DNA of 39,882 bases from Candidatus Bipolaricaulota bacterium (GTDB lineage Bacteria; Bipolaricaulota; Bipolaricaulia; UBA7950; UBA9294). The stretch spans positions 1-39,882 of the forward strand of contig JAYEMK010000029.1 in assembly GCA_034718095.1 (NCBI GenBank), in the 5' to 3' direction. A model generated the notes under the pieces. That model saw nothing but the letters and a program-made list of their open reading frames with translations, had not been told where the DNA came from and did not search any database. Of this stretch, positions 15,151 to 24,623 are shown one piece after another. Both the position numbers and the translations under genes were made by a program. Positions within the stretch are counted from its first letter, which is position 1; the number at the start of each line of letters is the position of its first letter.

Positions 15151-15578
15151 CTTTCCCCCTTTTGCCGCAGGAGTGAAACAGTGGCAGTGGCGACTATCTC
15201 CCCGGCGACGCTCGCGGTAACCCTGGCCTGTACCAACCCACCCCGGGACCTCAGGAGGCTGGCGCTCAAGGTGAGCTGATCCCCAGGGACCACTCTGCGC
15301 CGAAACCTGGCCTGTTTCACCCCCACCAGATAGCCCACGTGTCCCGAGCCTTCAGGGAGGAGAAAGGCCGCTGTTTGCGCCATCGCCTCCAGGATCAGTG
15401 TTCCTGGCATCACCGCCGGCAGCGGGGCAGGAAAATGTCCTTGAAAGAAAGGCTCATTGACCGTCACATTCTTTAGCGCAACAACCCTTCCTTCTCCCTC
15501 CTCCAGGATGCGATCGAGCATAAGATAGGGATAGCGCAATGGAAGCAGCTGCCTTATCCCCTCAATCTCGTGTGGCAT
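15147..15578 (-). CDS. fabZ: 3-hydroxyacyl-[ACP] dehydratase FabZ
   Basis: 143 aa with LPLRYPYLMLDRI and NEPFFQGHFPAPLPAVMPGTLILEAMAQ (hot-dog fold with the catalytic His). Confidence 0.93.
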   Translation of the reverse strand: MPHEIEGIRQLLPLRYPYLMLDRILEEGEGRVVALKNVTVNEPFFQGHFPAPLPAVMPGTLILEAMAQTAAFLLPEGSGHVGYLVGVKQARFRRRVVPGDQLTLSASLLRSRGGLVQARVTASVAGEIVATATVSLLRQKGES

Positions 15579-15584
15579 CGCTTG

Positions 15585-16328
15585 TTACGTAAGGTATCCG
15601 GAGAGCTCGGTCTTGACCATGTCAGTGATGTCGGTAAGGCGGGCTGTGTTGCGGTAGATGATGACGTTTTTGGATCGCAACACAAGATCGTAGCCATTTT
15701 CTACGGCAATGGTGTTGGCCGCCTCCACTATCTTGGTCGTAGCTGCCTGGGTGAGAAGTCCGTCAAACTGGGTGAACGCATTGTTGACCTGTGTATATCG
15801 GTTCTCGAACTCCTGCGGGTCGAGGACACCTATCCTCACCGAGTCCAGCAGCGATCCCAACTCATCGAGGACCGGCTGCGCCTGCTCTTTGAGCCTCTCC
15901 AGGTCACTGCGAATATCGGAGAACCCGGAAGATTGTATCATCCGGTTGATGGTACCCATGTCGATGTCGAGCTGGGCCTTCAACAGCTCCACCTGCAACT
16001 GACGCAGCCTCTCGGCATACTCATCCCTGGATATGGTACTTGCCAAATATTCCTGTCGTAGGTTGATGATCTCCTCTTGTTTATCAGCCGCCCGCTGCCG
16101 CAGGTCACGCACGGCATTGGTGAACACCGTAAATGCATCCTCGGCGTTGAGATATGCGATCTTTACCGGGACCGTGGACTCAGATTCCAGCTCTACCAGC
16201 CTATCCTCCAATTCCGATACAGCCTCTTCTTGATCATCATCAGCGGGCAGAACCATGTCGGTGACCCAACCACCGGCAAAACCCAGGACTAATGAGAGCA
16301 CTATTACTATAGGTATGATTTTTGCCAT
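15585..16328 (-). CDS. OmpH/Skp-like periplasmic chaperone
   Basis: 247 aa. It has an N-terminal signal/anchor (IIPIVIVLSLVLGFAGG), a long coiled-coil-like acidic/basic region, and a C-terminal block IVEAANTIAVENGYDLVLRSKNVIIYRN..LTDITDMV typical of the OmpH family. It sits directly downstream of bamA. Confidence 0.7.
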   Translation of the reverse strand: MAKIIPIVIVLSLVLGFAGGWVTDMVLPADDDQEEAVSELEDRLVELESESTVPVKIAYLNAEDAFTVFTNAVRDLRQRAADKQEEIINLRQEYLASTISRDEYAERLRQLQVELLKAQLDIDMGTINRMIQSSGFSDIRSDLERLKEQAQPVLDELGSLLDSVRIGVLDPQEFENRYTQVNNAFTQFDGLLTQAATTKIVEAANTIAVENGYDLVLRSKNVIIYRNTARLTDITDMVKTELSGYLT

Positions 16329-16358
16329 TCTTCCTCCTTATTGTTGGTTATGTTCTTA

Positions 16359-18533
16359 TTAAAACATCGGGGAAAAACCGAAGTCGAAGCTGGGAACAAG
16401 GTCCATCTCAGGACCAAGGACCCAACCCATATCCAGCCGCACGTATGTCCCTGCGACCCGGACCCCCAATTCAATTCCCACCGAACTCTTTGCCCAGTCC
16501 GCGTTAACCTTATCCAGACTGACCCCACTGTCAAGAAACAGGCTCGTGGTCAGCCCCTCCACCACGGCAAGCCTGTATTCCATATTCATATATGCAAGCC
16601 GCCTGACAGCTATTGGCTCCGTGCAGCGGATCGTCCCCGGCCCGCCAAGGCTGTAGGCCTGAGAAGGGGATAGATCCTCCCCCCATCCCACGGCGAGCCG
16701 CACCGCCCACACCTGATCCAGCCCGGCCAATCCGGGTACGGGCAGGCGCAGAGAGGAGAAATTGATCCAGTTTACATTAAGCTTGGAGAACTCCACCCCC
16801 GGGGCGAATTCCCCTGCCTTTTCAAACGAGACGCTCCTCCTGGAACCCGCAGTGGGAAAGTACGGGTTGCTCACATCGTCAAACCTCAACGCTACCGTGG
16901 CCGAGTTTATGAACTCTACAGCTTCATCGCTTGAGACCCGCTCATGCTTGTAGGAAAGGGCAAGGTCTGTGTAGTCTGCCCAGGGATAGCTGACGGAGGC
17001 CTGAGTCCCGATGGTAAGAAATTTCTCTGTTTCACCGGCAGAAACGGCCTCCTCATCGCTCTCACGATATATATTTAGCCCAACCCTGTCCAATCCTGGA
17101 AAAAAGGCGACCGTCTCGTATCCGATATTCCATTTTGAGCTCCTGTCCCCTATCAACCCACGATTATAGGAAAGGGTAAGATCCTGTCCGGTGCCGAACA
17201 GGTTCTTCTGAGAGTAGTTGAGCTTTCCCACCAACCCACCGCTGTCAGGGGAATAGGCAAGGGAACCACCCAGACCTCCCAATTTCTTACGTTCAGCGAC
17301 GGACACCGAGAGACGGATCGTGTCATCTGCCCATTCCGGAACGAAATCGATCGAGTTGAAATACTCGAGCGCCATCAGGCCTTGATAGTTAACGGCCAAT
17401 CGCTGCCGGTTCAGCACGTCCCCCACCTTGACCTCGAGGTTCTTCAGGATGACGTAATCCTTAGTGTTTTTGTTGCCCTGCAGAAGGATCTCTCCGATCT
17501 TCCCCTCCATTACCTTGAGGCGCAGCCGGCGCTCTTGCCGCGGTTCAGCGGAGAACCGAACCATGGTGTAGCCATTGCGGTAGTATAAATCGTAGAGTTC
17601 AGCAATGGTCTGCAGGAGCCGGTAATTGTCGATCGGCCCCGCCGGAAGTTTTCCCAAACTAGCCTCAGCCACCTCCGGTTCGAACTGGGTTACCCCCGCC
17701 AGCTCTATCGTATCGATCTCCATCGGGGAATCGATCAGCCGGTTCTCGGTGAAGGTCCAAACCAGGCGGATCGAGTCCCTGGTCGGCCCTTGCTGTGGTG
17801 TGATATCGACCTCGGAGAAGTAGACGGATGACCTGAGCTGTTCCAGGGTGTGCTGGATCCGGTCCTTCTTCAGGCACTCATCCTCTGGAATATCGATCAT
17901 CTCCTCTGCCCGCTCCACAGGGATACTGACAAGGCCTTTTATCTCGTTCTCCGTCACCCGCCCCTCGACAATCTGGATCTCTAACACCTCACCGAGGGTG
18001 ACCTCTCCCACCCTGACCAACGCATAGCCTTTTTCATCGTACTCCTCAATGACGGCGGTCAACCCTTCTTCAAGTGAGCGGTTGTTGATAAGCTCACCCC
18101 TCTTAACCCCATGGTCACGTAAGATCCTGCGAATCTTGCCTGTAGGCATGATCTTGGGACTTAGAATGGTCATCCCGAGAAACTTGAACGGCTCTTCGTT
18201 GACGTTCCCGGTAACCTTTATCTCCTCCAGGACAGGGTTCTCCTTTACTTGAAAGGTGATCATTCCCCCTTCGATTTTGGGCATCACCTCGCTGAACCAG
18301 CCAAGGTCGAATATCGCCTGTGAGGCAGCCTTGAGTTCCTCTGCCGTGATCTCTTTCCCAGGTTGAAACTCGAACACCTCGTCTACCGCATCGAGAATCT
18401 TCTCAGAGGAGATCTTCTCGTTTCCCTGGACACTGAGCCCTGACACGGAAATCGGAAAATCCGTACCCCATGCCGAGCCGGCCACGGTCAGCATGACCAT
18501 AACGCCTATAATAACTGGGACTGCCCTCATCAC
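16359..18533 (-). CDS. bamA: outer membrane protein assembly factor BamA (Omp85 family)
   Basis: 724 aa. It has a signal peptide (MMRAVPVIIGVMVMLTVAGSAWG), repeated ~80-aa POTRA-like modules in the N-terminal ~400 aa, and a C-terminal beta-barrel-type alternating pattern ending FDFGFSPMF (terminal aromatic residue). Confidence 0.9.
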   Translation of the reverse strand: MMRAVPVIIGVMVMLTVAGSAWGTDFPISVSGLSVQGNEKISSEKILDAVDEVFEFQPGKEITAEELKAASQAIFDLGWFSEVMPKIEGGMITFQVKENPVLEEIKVTGNVNEEPFKFLGMTILSPKIMPTGKIRRILRDHGVKRGELINNRSLEEGLTAVIEEYDEKGYALVRVGEVTLGEVLEIQIVEGRVTENEIKGLVSIPVERAEEMIDIPEDECLKKDRIQHTLEQLRSSVYFSEVDITPQQGPTRDSIRLVWTFTENRLIDSPMEIDTIELAGVTQFEPEVAEASLGKLPAGPIDNYRLLQTIAELYDLYYRNGYTMVRFSAEPRQERRLRLKVMEGKIGEILLQGNKNTKDYVILKNLEVKVGDVLNRQRLAVNYQGLMALEYFNSIDFVPEWADDTIRLSVSVAERKKLGGLGGSLAYSPDSGGLVGKLNYSQKNLFGTGQDLTLSYNRGLIGDRSSKWNIGYETVAFFPGLDRVGLNIYRESDEEAVSAGETEKFLTIGTQASVSYPWADYTDLALSYKHERVSSDEAVEFINSATVALRFDDVSNPYFPTAGSRRSVSFEKAGEFAPGVEFSKLNVNWINFSSLRLPVPGLAGLDQVWAVRLAVGWGEDLSPSQAYSLGGPGTIRCTEPIAVRRLAYMNMEYRLAVVEGLTTSLFLDSGVSLDKVNADWAKSSVGIELGVRVAGTYVRLDMGWVLGPEMDLVPSFDFGFSPMF

Positions 18534-18544
18534 CTTCTCATCTC

Positions 18545-20083
18545 CTATAGAGCAAAGTCTTCATTGGCCGCCCGATACTGAAGCGCCTCGGCGACGTGTT
18601 CAGGTGCGATATCCTCTGCACCGCCTAGATCGGCGATCGTCCGGGCCACCTTGAGCACACGGGTATAGGCTCTTGCACTCAAAGCGAAGCGGTCTATTGC
18701 CATCTCTAGGAGTTCCTTCGCCGCCTCATTCAATGTACAATATCTTCTTAACCCTTTTGTGTCCAGTTGGGAGTTAGAAAAGCGACCCTTTTCCCCTTTC
18801 ATCCTCTCCCATTGTACCTGTCTCGCCCGTTTCACCCTGGCCCGGATCGCGGCTGAGCCCTCGCCGGTGGGGCGGTTAAGCAGCTCCTGTTTTGTCAAAC
18901 GTGGGACCTCCACAAACAGATCAACGCGGTCGAGAAAAGGCCCGGAGACACGTTTTCGATAACGTTTTATCTCATATGGGCTACAGGTACAGGGCTGCAA
19001 TGGGTCCCCAAGGTGGCCACACGGACATGGGTTCATCGCTGCCACCAGCATGAAGCTCGCGGGATAACGGACGGACACCCCAGCGCGCGATAGGAGGATC
19101 GTCCTGTCCTCGAGCGGCTGGCGCAGGGTCTCCAGAACCCGCCGATCAAACTCCGGGAGCTCGTCGAGAAACAGGACCCCGTGATGGGCAAGGCTAATCT
19201 CCCCCGGGCCGGGCAGGCCATGACCACCCCCGACCATCCCTGCATAGGAGATGGTATGGTGCGGCGTCCTATACGGCCGTTGGACGACAAGGGGCGTGTC
19301 CCGTTCCACCATCCCCGCCACACTGTAGATGCGGGTCACCTCCAATGCCTCGGCAAAAGAGAGAGGCGGGAGGATGCCAGCCAGTGCCCGGGCAAGCATG
19401 CTCTTCCCAGCCCCCGGTGGGCCAATCATGAGGAGATTATGACCACCGGCCGCTGCCACCTCCAACGCTCGCTTCGCCTGCTCTTGCCCCTTCACCTCTG
19501 AGATATCCATTACAGGGGAGGCACTCGCCCCTTTCAGCAGGGAGTCTCGGTCGACGCGAACCGGGGCAGGGATTTTCTCCCCGGACAGAATGGCCGCGGC
19601 ATCCCTCAACCTGTGGACCGGATATATCGGTACACCATCAGCGAGTGCCGCTTCAGCGGCGTTACCGGCAGGCACGACCAAACCATCGAGGTTCTCCCTC
19701 GCCGCCCGCAGTGCTATCGGGAGCGCCCCTCGCACGCTGCGAACCTCACCATCGAGGGAAACCTCTCCGATGATCATGTAACGACGGGGGGATAAACTCA
19801 GCTGTTCAGCAGCGACGAGAATCGCCAATGCCGTCGGCAGATCAAATCCCACCCCTTCTTTTCGCAGGTCGGCCGGGGCGAGATTGGCGGTGATCCGCCT
19901 TGCGGGAAAACTGTATCCGGAATTTTTGATGGCGCTGCGTATCCTATCCCGGCTCTCCGTGATCTCTTTTTCCGGGAGTCCGACCACCTGAAATCTGGGC
20001 AGCCCTCCCGCCACGTCACACTGCACCTCGACTAACTCAGACTCCATCCCTATGACAACACCACTCAGCAGTCGCGCGAACAT
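18545..20083 (-). CDS. comM: YifB/ComM-family Mg-chelatase-like AAA+ ATPase
   Basis: 512 aa with an N-terminal Lon-protease-like domain (VEVQCDVAGGLPRFQVVGLP), Walker A GPPGAGKS, Walker B VLFLDELPEF and the cysteine cluster NPCPCGHLGDPLQPCTC. Confidence 0.92.
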   Translation of the reverse strand: MFARLLSGVVIGMESELVEVQCDVAGGLPRFQVVGLPEKEITESRDRIRSAIKNSGYSFPARRITANLAPADLRKEGVGFDLPTALAILVAAEQLSLSPRRYMIIGEVSLDGEVRSVRGALPIALRAARENLDGLVVPAGNAAEAALADGVPIYPVHRLRDAAAILSGEKIPAPVRVDRDSLLKGASASPVMDISEVKGQEQAKRALEVAAAGGHNLLMIGPPGAGKSMLARALAGILPPLSFAEALEVTRIYSVAGMVERDTPLVVQRPYRTPHHTISYAGMVGGGHGLPGPGEISLAHHGVLFLDELPEFDRRVLETLRQPLEDRTILLSRAGVSVRYPASFMLVAAMNPCPCGHLGDPLQPCTCSPYEIKRYRKRVSGPFLDRVDLFVEVPRLTKQELLNRPTGEGSAAIRARVKRARQVQWERMKGEKGRFSNSQLDTKGLRRYCTLNEAAKELLEMAIDRFALSARAYTRVLKVARTIADLGGAEDIAPEHVAEALQYRAANEDFAL

Positions 20084-20089
20084 TGAGAT

Positions 20090-20440
20090 TCAAACCTCGA
20101 CTTGAAAAGCATCTTGATACAGGCTGACCTCCCCTGCTGTAATGGTCACTACATCGAACCGCACCGGCAACTCTGTCGAGGCCCCTCTAAGGTACATTCG
20201 TGCAGTGGCAATAATCCGCTCCTTCTTTATGTCAGTGAGGGCCCCCTCCGCACCGCCGAAGCTACTGTCCCGCCGTGCCTTAACCTCGACAAAGACGAGG
20301 GCCTCCCCATCACGGGCGATGAGATCCACCTCTCCAAAAGGAGAGTGCCAATTGCGTTCCACGACTACGTAACCCCGGGCCCGCAGAAACTCACAGGCAG
20401 CGGTCTCTGCCTGACCACCGTAGCTATCCTTCCCCGCCAT
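20090..20440 (-). CDS. yraN: YraN-family (UPF0102) endonuclease-like protein
   Basis: GGQAETAACEFLRARGYVVVERNWHSPFGEVDLIARDGEALVFVEVKAR is the family core. The ORF is open to 20503, but the ATG at 20440 (MAGKDSYGG) gives the usual ~116 aa. Confidence 0.85.
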   Translation of the reverse strand: MAGKDSYGGQAETAACEFLRARGYVVVERNWHSPFGEVDLIARDGEALVFVEVKARRDSSFGGAEGALTDIKKERIIATARMYLRGASTELPVRFDVVTITAGEVSLYQDAFQVEV

Positions 20441-20571
20441 AATCAATACATGATACCACAATCCTGTTAGGCTCAGCAAGTGAGAGACCTGGCGTTGCGG
20501 CATGCCCCCTGTAGGGGGTATAATAAATACGACGATGAGTAAATTTGAAAGGAAATGACGAAGAAGGCTGA

Positions 20572-21855
20572 ATGAGGATAGTCATAAGGGACGTTACAGC
20601 GGTCACTGCAGGGACAACCATAGCACGCAATGTAAATCTCCTGATAGAAGAATCCCGGATCTCCGCAATTACAAAAGAAGAGCCAAGGATAGACGAGCAT
20701 ACCACATTGATCGAGGGGAAAGGGAAACTGGCCATACCGGGGTTGATCAACGCGCATACCCATCTCCCAATGGTCCTGTTCCGTGGCCTGGCCGATGATC
20801 TACCATTGTCGGCGTGGCTTGAGGATCACATCTGGCCACTGGAGAAAAGGCTTCGACCGGAGGATGTATACTGGGCATCACTCCTCGGTCTGATCGAGAT
20901 GATCCGGTCGGGGACCACTCTGTTTGCGGATATGTACTTTCACATCGATGAGATAGCCCGTGCGGTGGAAAAGGCAGGGATTCGTGCCGTTCTCTCCTAT
21001 GGCATTATCGCCTCGGAATTTGATGCGCATGGCAAGGAAGAGCTGGACAAAGCGGCGGCCCTCATCGATCGTTGGCACAATGCGGCAGGGGGAAGGATCA
21101 AGACAGGGGTAAGTCCACATGCCCCCTACAGTTGTGGGGAAAAAATATGGGAGCGGGCCCTGGCCCTGGCCGCCGATCGCCGGGTCATCCTCCATACACA
21201 TGTAGCGGAAACTGAACAGGAGCTTCGGCGGTGTCGAAGGGAGAGAGGAATGAGCCCAGTGGCCTGGCTTGAACAAATTGGGGCGTTAAACCTTCCCCTC
21301 CTGGCGGCACACTGTGTTCACCTTGAAAAGGGGGATATTGAGCGGCTTGCAACCCACGGGGTGACCGTGGCCCACTGTCCAAAGAGCAACGCAAAACTGG
21401 GCTCCGGCATTGCCCCGATAGCCCGGCTGCGCAGGGCAGGGGTCCGGGTCGCCCTGGGGACCGATGGGGCAGCCTCTAACAATGGCCTCAACATGATCGA
21501 GGAGATGCGCGCAGCAGCATTGCTGCAAAAAGCAGAGACCCGAGATCCGACCGTCCTCCCCGCTGCCCAGGTATTTCACATGGCCACAGTCGAAGGGGCG
21601 AATGCCCTGAATGGGGAGATGGGTACACTTGCCGCCGGTAAGGAGGCAGACATCGTCCTCATCGACATCGAGCAGGCCCATACCCTGCCCGCATATCATC
21701 CCCTGTCCACCCTAATCTATGCTGTGCAGCCCCAGGCAGTGACCGACGTCATCGTGGCCGGCAGGTTTCTCCTCCGTGCCGGGTCACTGACCACCATCGA
21801 TGAAGAAGAGGTAAAAGAGCGGATAAAGAGGCTGAAAGACAGGTACGTAAATTAA
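20572..21855 (+). CDS. mtaD: amidohydrolase-family deaminase, probably 5-methylthioadenosine/S-adenosylhomocysteine deaminase
   Basis: 427 aa with PGLINAHTHLPMVLFRGLADDLPLSAWL, HVAET, and HC..L followed by GTDGAASNN. The substrate assignment within the family is uncertain. Confidence 0.8.
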   Translation: MRIVIRDVTAVTAGTTIARNVNLLIEESRISAITKEEPRIDEHTTLIEGKGKLAIPGLINAHTHLPMVLFRGLADDLPLSAWLEDHIWPLEKRLRPEDVYWASLLGLIEMIRSGTTLFADMYFHIDEIARAVEKAGIRAVLSYGIIASEFDAHGKEELDKAAALIDRWHNAAGGRIKTGVSPHAPYSCGEKIWERALALAADRRVILHTHVAETEQELRRCRRERGMSPVAWLEQIGALNLPLLAAHCVHLEKGDIERLATHGVTVAHCPKSNAKLGSGIAPIARLRRAGVRVALGTDGAASNNGLNMIEEMRAAALLQKAETRDPTVLPAAQVFHMATVEGANALNGEMGTLAAGKEADIVLIDIEQAHTLPAYHPLSTLIYAVQPQAVTDVIVAGRFLLRAGSLTTIDEEEVKERIKRLKDRYVN

Positions 21856-21924
21856 TATCCTCTCCCGGCCTGGGAGAAAGGGCTTCCTTCGCTCGGGTCA
21901 GGGAGAAAAGGAGCGAATGGCAAC

Positions 21925-22197
21925 ATGAGTCTTGCAAAAGAGAGGAAAGAAAAAATCATAGACGAATATGGACAAAGCGAAAATGATACAGGATCCACCC
22001 GCGTTCAGATCGCCCTTCTGACAGAGCGCATCTTTGAGCTTACTGAGCATTTAAATCAACACCGGAAGGATTTCAGTTCTCAGCGGGGTTTGAGGAAAAT
22101 GGTCGGCAGGCGCCGACGGTTGCTGAAATATTTGAAGCGCCAGGATCTTAAAGAATACGAGAAATTACTGCAAAGACTAGGAATAAGAGGAGTTTAA
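21925..22197 (+). CDS. rpsO: 30S ribosomal protein S15
   Basis: 90 aa with [46 protein letters not shown]. Confidence 0.97.
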   Translation: MSLAKERKEKIIDEYGQSENDTGSTRVQIALLTERIFELTEHLNQHRKDFSSQRGLRKMVGRRRRLLKYLKRQDLKEYEKLLQRLGIRGV

Positions 22198-22202
22198 GAA
22201 TA

Positions 22203-24623
22203 ATGTTAATTAGAGAAAGCCTACATTTGAATGGCAAAGAAATAGCCCTGGAGACCGGTCAATTGGCCAGACAGGCAAGCGGGGCGGTGCTGGCCAGCTA
22301 TGGGGACACCCGTATACTTGTAACCGCTACTCTCCAGGAACAGGAGGAGGATCGAGGATATTTTCCACTGTTTGTTGAATATGAAGAGCGATTTTATGCC
22401 AGCGGTAAGATCCCCGGTGGATTTTTCAAGCGTGAGGGGAGACCGAGCGATACGGCGATCTTGAACGCGCGCATGATAGACCGACCCATCCGGCCACTGT
22501 TCCCGGATGGATACAATGACGAGGTACAGATCGTGGCCACAATACTGTCGGTTGAACCGGATTGCCACCCTGGCATCGTGGGCATCCTCGGTGCCTCTGC
22601 CGCCCTGTTGATATCCGGCGCCCCATTCGCCGGCCCCATCGCAGGGGTAAAAGTGGGCCGAAACGCCGGGCAATTGATCGTTAATCCCACCGCCGAGGAA
22701 CTGGCCACCGTCGATATCACCATAGCCGGGAGCAAAAACACGGTGACCATGGTGGAAGGGGGAATGGACGAGATTCCCGAGGAAGAACTGGTCGCCGCGA
22801 TCGAGACCGCACATGAATCCATTAAAGAACTCGTTGCTCTGCAGGAACGGTTTGTAGAACGTGTCCGCCCCAAGAAAAAAGAGGTCCCGCCTGCCCTGGA
22901 TGAGGATCCAGCGCTTAAAGACCGCGTGCGAAAACTGGTCTGGCCGGAATTTGATCAATTATCAAAGGCGACGAACAAACAGGCCCGCAACGCACTGATC
23001 GGTTCTCTGAAACAGAGGGCACTCCAGGCAGTCGTCACAGACGAGACCCCTCTTCAGGCCGCGGAACAATTGAAAAAGACGACCCACTCACTGGTGGAAG
23101 ATTACTACAAGGAGTTCATGCGGGCTGGGATCATCGAGCGAGGGATGCGAATCGACGGCCGTCGTCCAGAGGAACTGCGCCCCATCACCTGTAGAGTAGA
23201 GGCCCTGCCCCGCGCGCATGGCTCCGCGATCTTCACCCGCGGGGAGACCCAGAGCCTGGGGATCGTCACCCTGGGGGCGACCCGCAGCGATGAGCAGATC
23301 ATCGATCAGATGACAAAAGAGGGGAGAAAGCGGTTCATGTTGCATTACAACTTCCCCCCCTACTCAGTGGGGGAGGTTGGTCGCATTGGTTCCCCCAAAC
23401 GCCGCTCCATCGGGCACGGGTATCTGGCGGAGGGGGCACTCAGGGCCGTCCTCCCGGAGGAGGAGGAGTTTCCCTACGTGATCCGTGTCGTTTCGGAGAT
23501 ACTGGAGTCGAATGGCTCCTCGTCCATGGCGACGGTCTGCAGCGGCTCACTGGCAATGATGGATGCAGGTGTACCGATCAGCAAGCCGGTCGCGGGGGTA
23601 GCAATGGGATTGATCCAGGATCCGACCACCAACCAGAATATCATACTGACTGACATTTTGGGGGTAGAGGATCACTTTGGGGATATGGACTTCAAGGTCG
23701 CCGGGACCCGGGATGGCGTCACTGCATTCCAGCTCGATGTCAAACTCGGGGGGATCGATCAGATGATCCTCCGCGAGGCCCTGGAAAGGGCCAGACAGGC
23801 CCGCCTTGCAATCCTGGATGAGATGACGCGGACGATCCCTGCCCCACGTGGGCAGCTTTCGACATTTGCCCCCAGGCTGGAGACGATGAACATCCCTCAG
23901 GAGAAGATCGGACTGGTCATCGGTCCAGGGGGGAAGATGATCCGTAGCATCATCGAGGAAACCGGGGCTGACATCGATATAGAGGATGACGGGGGGGTGA
24001 AGCTGGCGGGGCCGGACAACGAGTCGGTCGCCGCAGCGAGAAAACGCATCGAGGGCCTCACCGCAGAACTGGAGGTCGGGGCCGTATTCAACACCAGGGT
24101 CACCCGCATCGCGGACTTTGGCGCATTTGTCGAACTGAACAACGGGACAGAAGGACTGGTACACGTCTCCAACCTCGCAGCCGGCTATGTGGATAACGTC
24201 AAAGACATCGTGAGCCCGGGCGATGAGATCACAATTGAGGTAATCGGGGAGGATAAGCGGGGACGCCCTGATCTACGCCGGGTAGAACAACCGACACAAG
24301 AGGCCACCGGCAGGGAAAAGAAGGTGGCAAAAAAGAAAGCCCCACGCCCAAATATCCAAGTCGGCGACCGCATCGAAGGGAAGGTCGTCAACACCACCAA
24401 CTATGGGGCGTTCGTAGAGCTGGCCGAAGGGATTACCGGGCTGGTGCACATCTCCGCCCTCTCAGATGAATACGTAAAAAGGGTGGAGGACGTGGTAAAA
24501 CCGGGCGATACGGTAACGGTGGAGGTGTTGGCCGTGGAGGGGGACAATCGCTACAAGCTGCGCCGGGTCTCCCCAAAGGATGAACAAATAGAAGAAGTAA
24601 CGGATTTTGAGGACCGCTGGTGA
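22203..24623 (+). CDS. pnp: polyribonucleotide nucleotidyltransferase (PNPase) with a C-terminal extension carrying a second S1 domain
   Basis: 806 aa with two RNase PH-like domains (FPLFVEYEERFYASGKIPGGFFKREGRP; RIDGRRPEELRPI..HGSAIFTRGETQ), a KH domain (IGLVIGPGGKMIRSI) and two S1 domains. It starts 5 nt after rpsO, with an SD inside the rpsO 3' end. Confidence 0.97.
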   Translation: MLIRESLHLNGKEIALETGQLARQASGAVLASYGDTRILVTATLQEQEEDRGYFPLFVEYEERFYASGKIPGGFFKREGRPSDTAILNARMIDRPIRPLFPDGYNDEVQIVATILSVEPDCHPGIVGILGASAALLISGAPFAGPIAGVKVGRNAGQLIVNPTAEELATVDITIAGSKNTVTMVEGGMDEIPEEELVAAIETAHESIKELVALQERFVERVRPKKKEVPPALDEDPALKDRVRKLVWPEFDQLSKATNKQARNALIGSLKQRALQAVVTDETPLQAAEQLKKTTHSLVEDYYKEFMRAGIIERGMRIDGRRPEELRPITCRVEALPRAHGSAIFTRGETQSLGIVTLGATRSDEQIIDQMTKEGRKRFMLHYNFPPYSVGEVGRIGSPKRRSIGHGYLAEGALRAVLPEEEEFPYVIRVVSEILESNGSSSMATVCSGSLAMMDAGVPISKPVAGVAMGLIQDPTTNQNIILTDILGVEDHFGDMDFKVAGTRDGVTAFQLDVKLGGIDQMILREALERARQARLAILDEMTRTIPAPRGQLSTFAPRLETMNIPQEKIGLVIGPGGKMIRSIIEETGADIDIEDDGGVKLAGPDNESVAAARKRIEGLTAELEVGAVFNTRVTRIADFGAFVELNNGTEGLVHVSNLAAGYVDNVKDIVSPGDEITIEVIGEDKRGRPDLRRVEQPTQEATGREKKVAKKKAPRPNIQVGDRIEGKVVNTTNYGAFVELAEGITGLVHISALSDEYVKRVEDVVKPGDTVTVEVLAVEGDNRYKLRRVSPKDEQIEEVTDFEDRW

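Noticed and set aside
22221-22958. Long antisense ORFs inside well-supported genes: 245 aa opposite pnp, 23547-24164 opposite pnp, 8432-9148 opposite ftsA/ftsQ, 6456-6986 opposite ftsZ, 34156-34671 opposite ftsY, and 15570-16061 opposite the skp-like gene.
   Set aside because: These are typical shadow ORFs of GC-rich coding sequence. Their composition is Pro/Arg/Gly/Ser-rich and low in complexity, with no motifs and no SD. Each is fully nested in a gene with strong homology signals.
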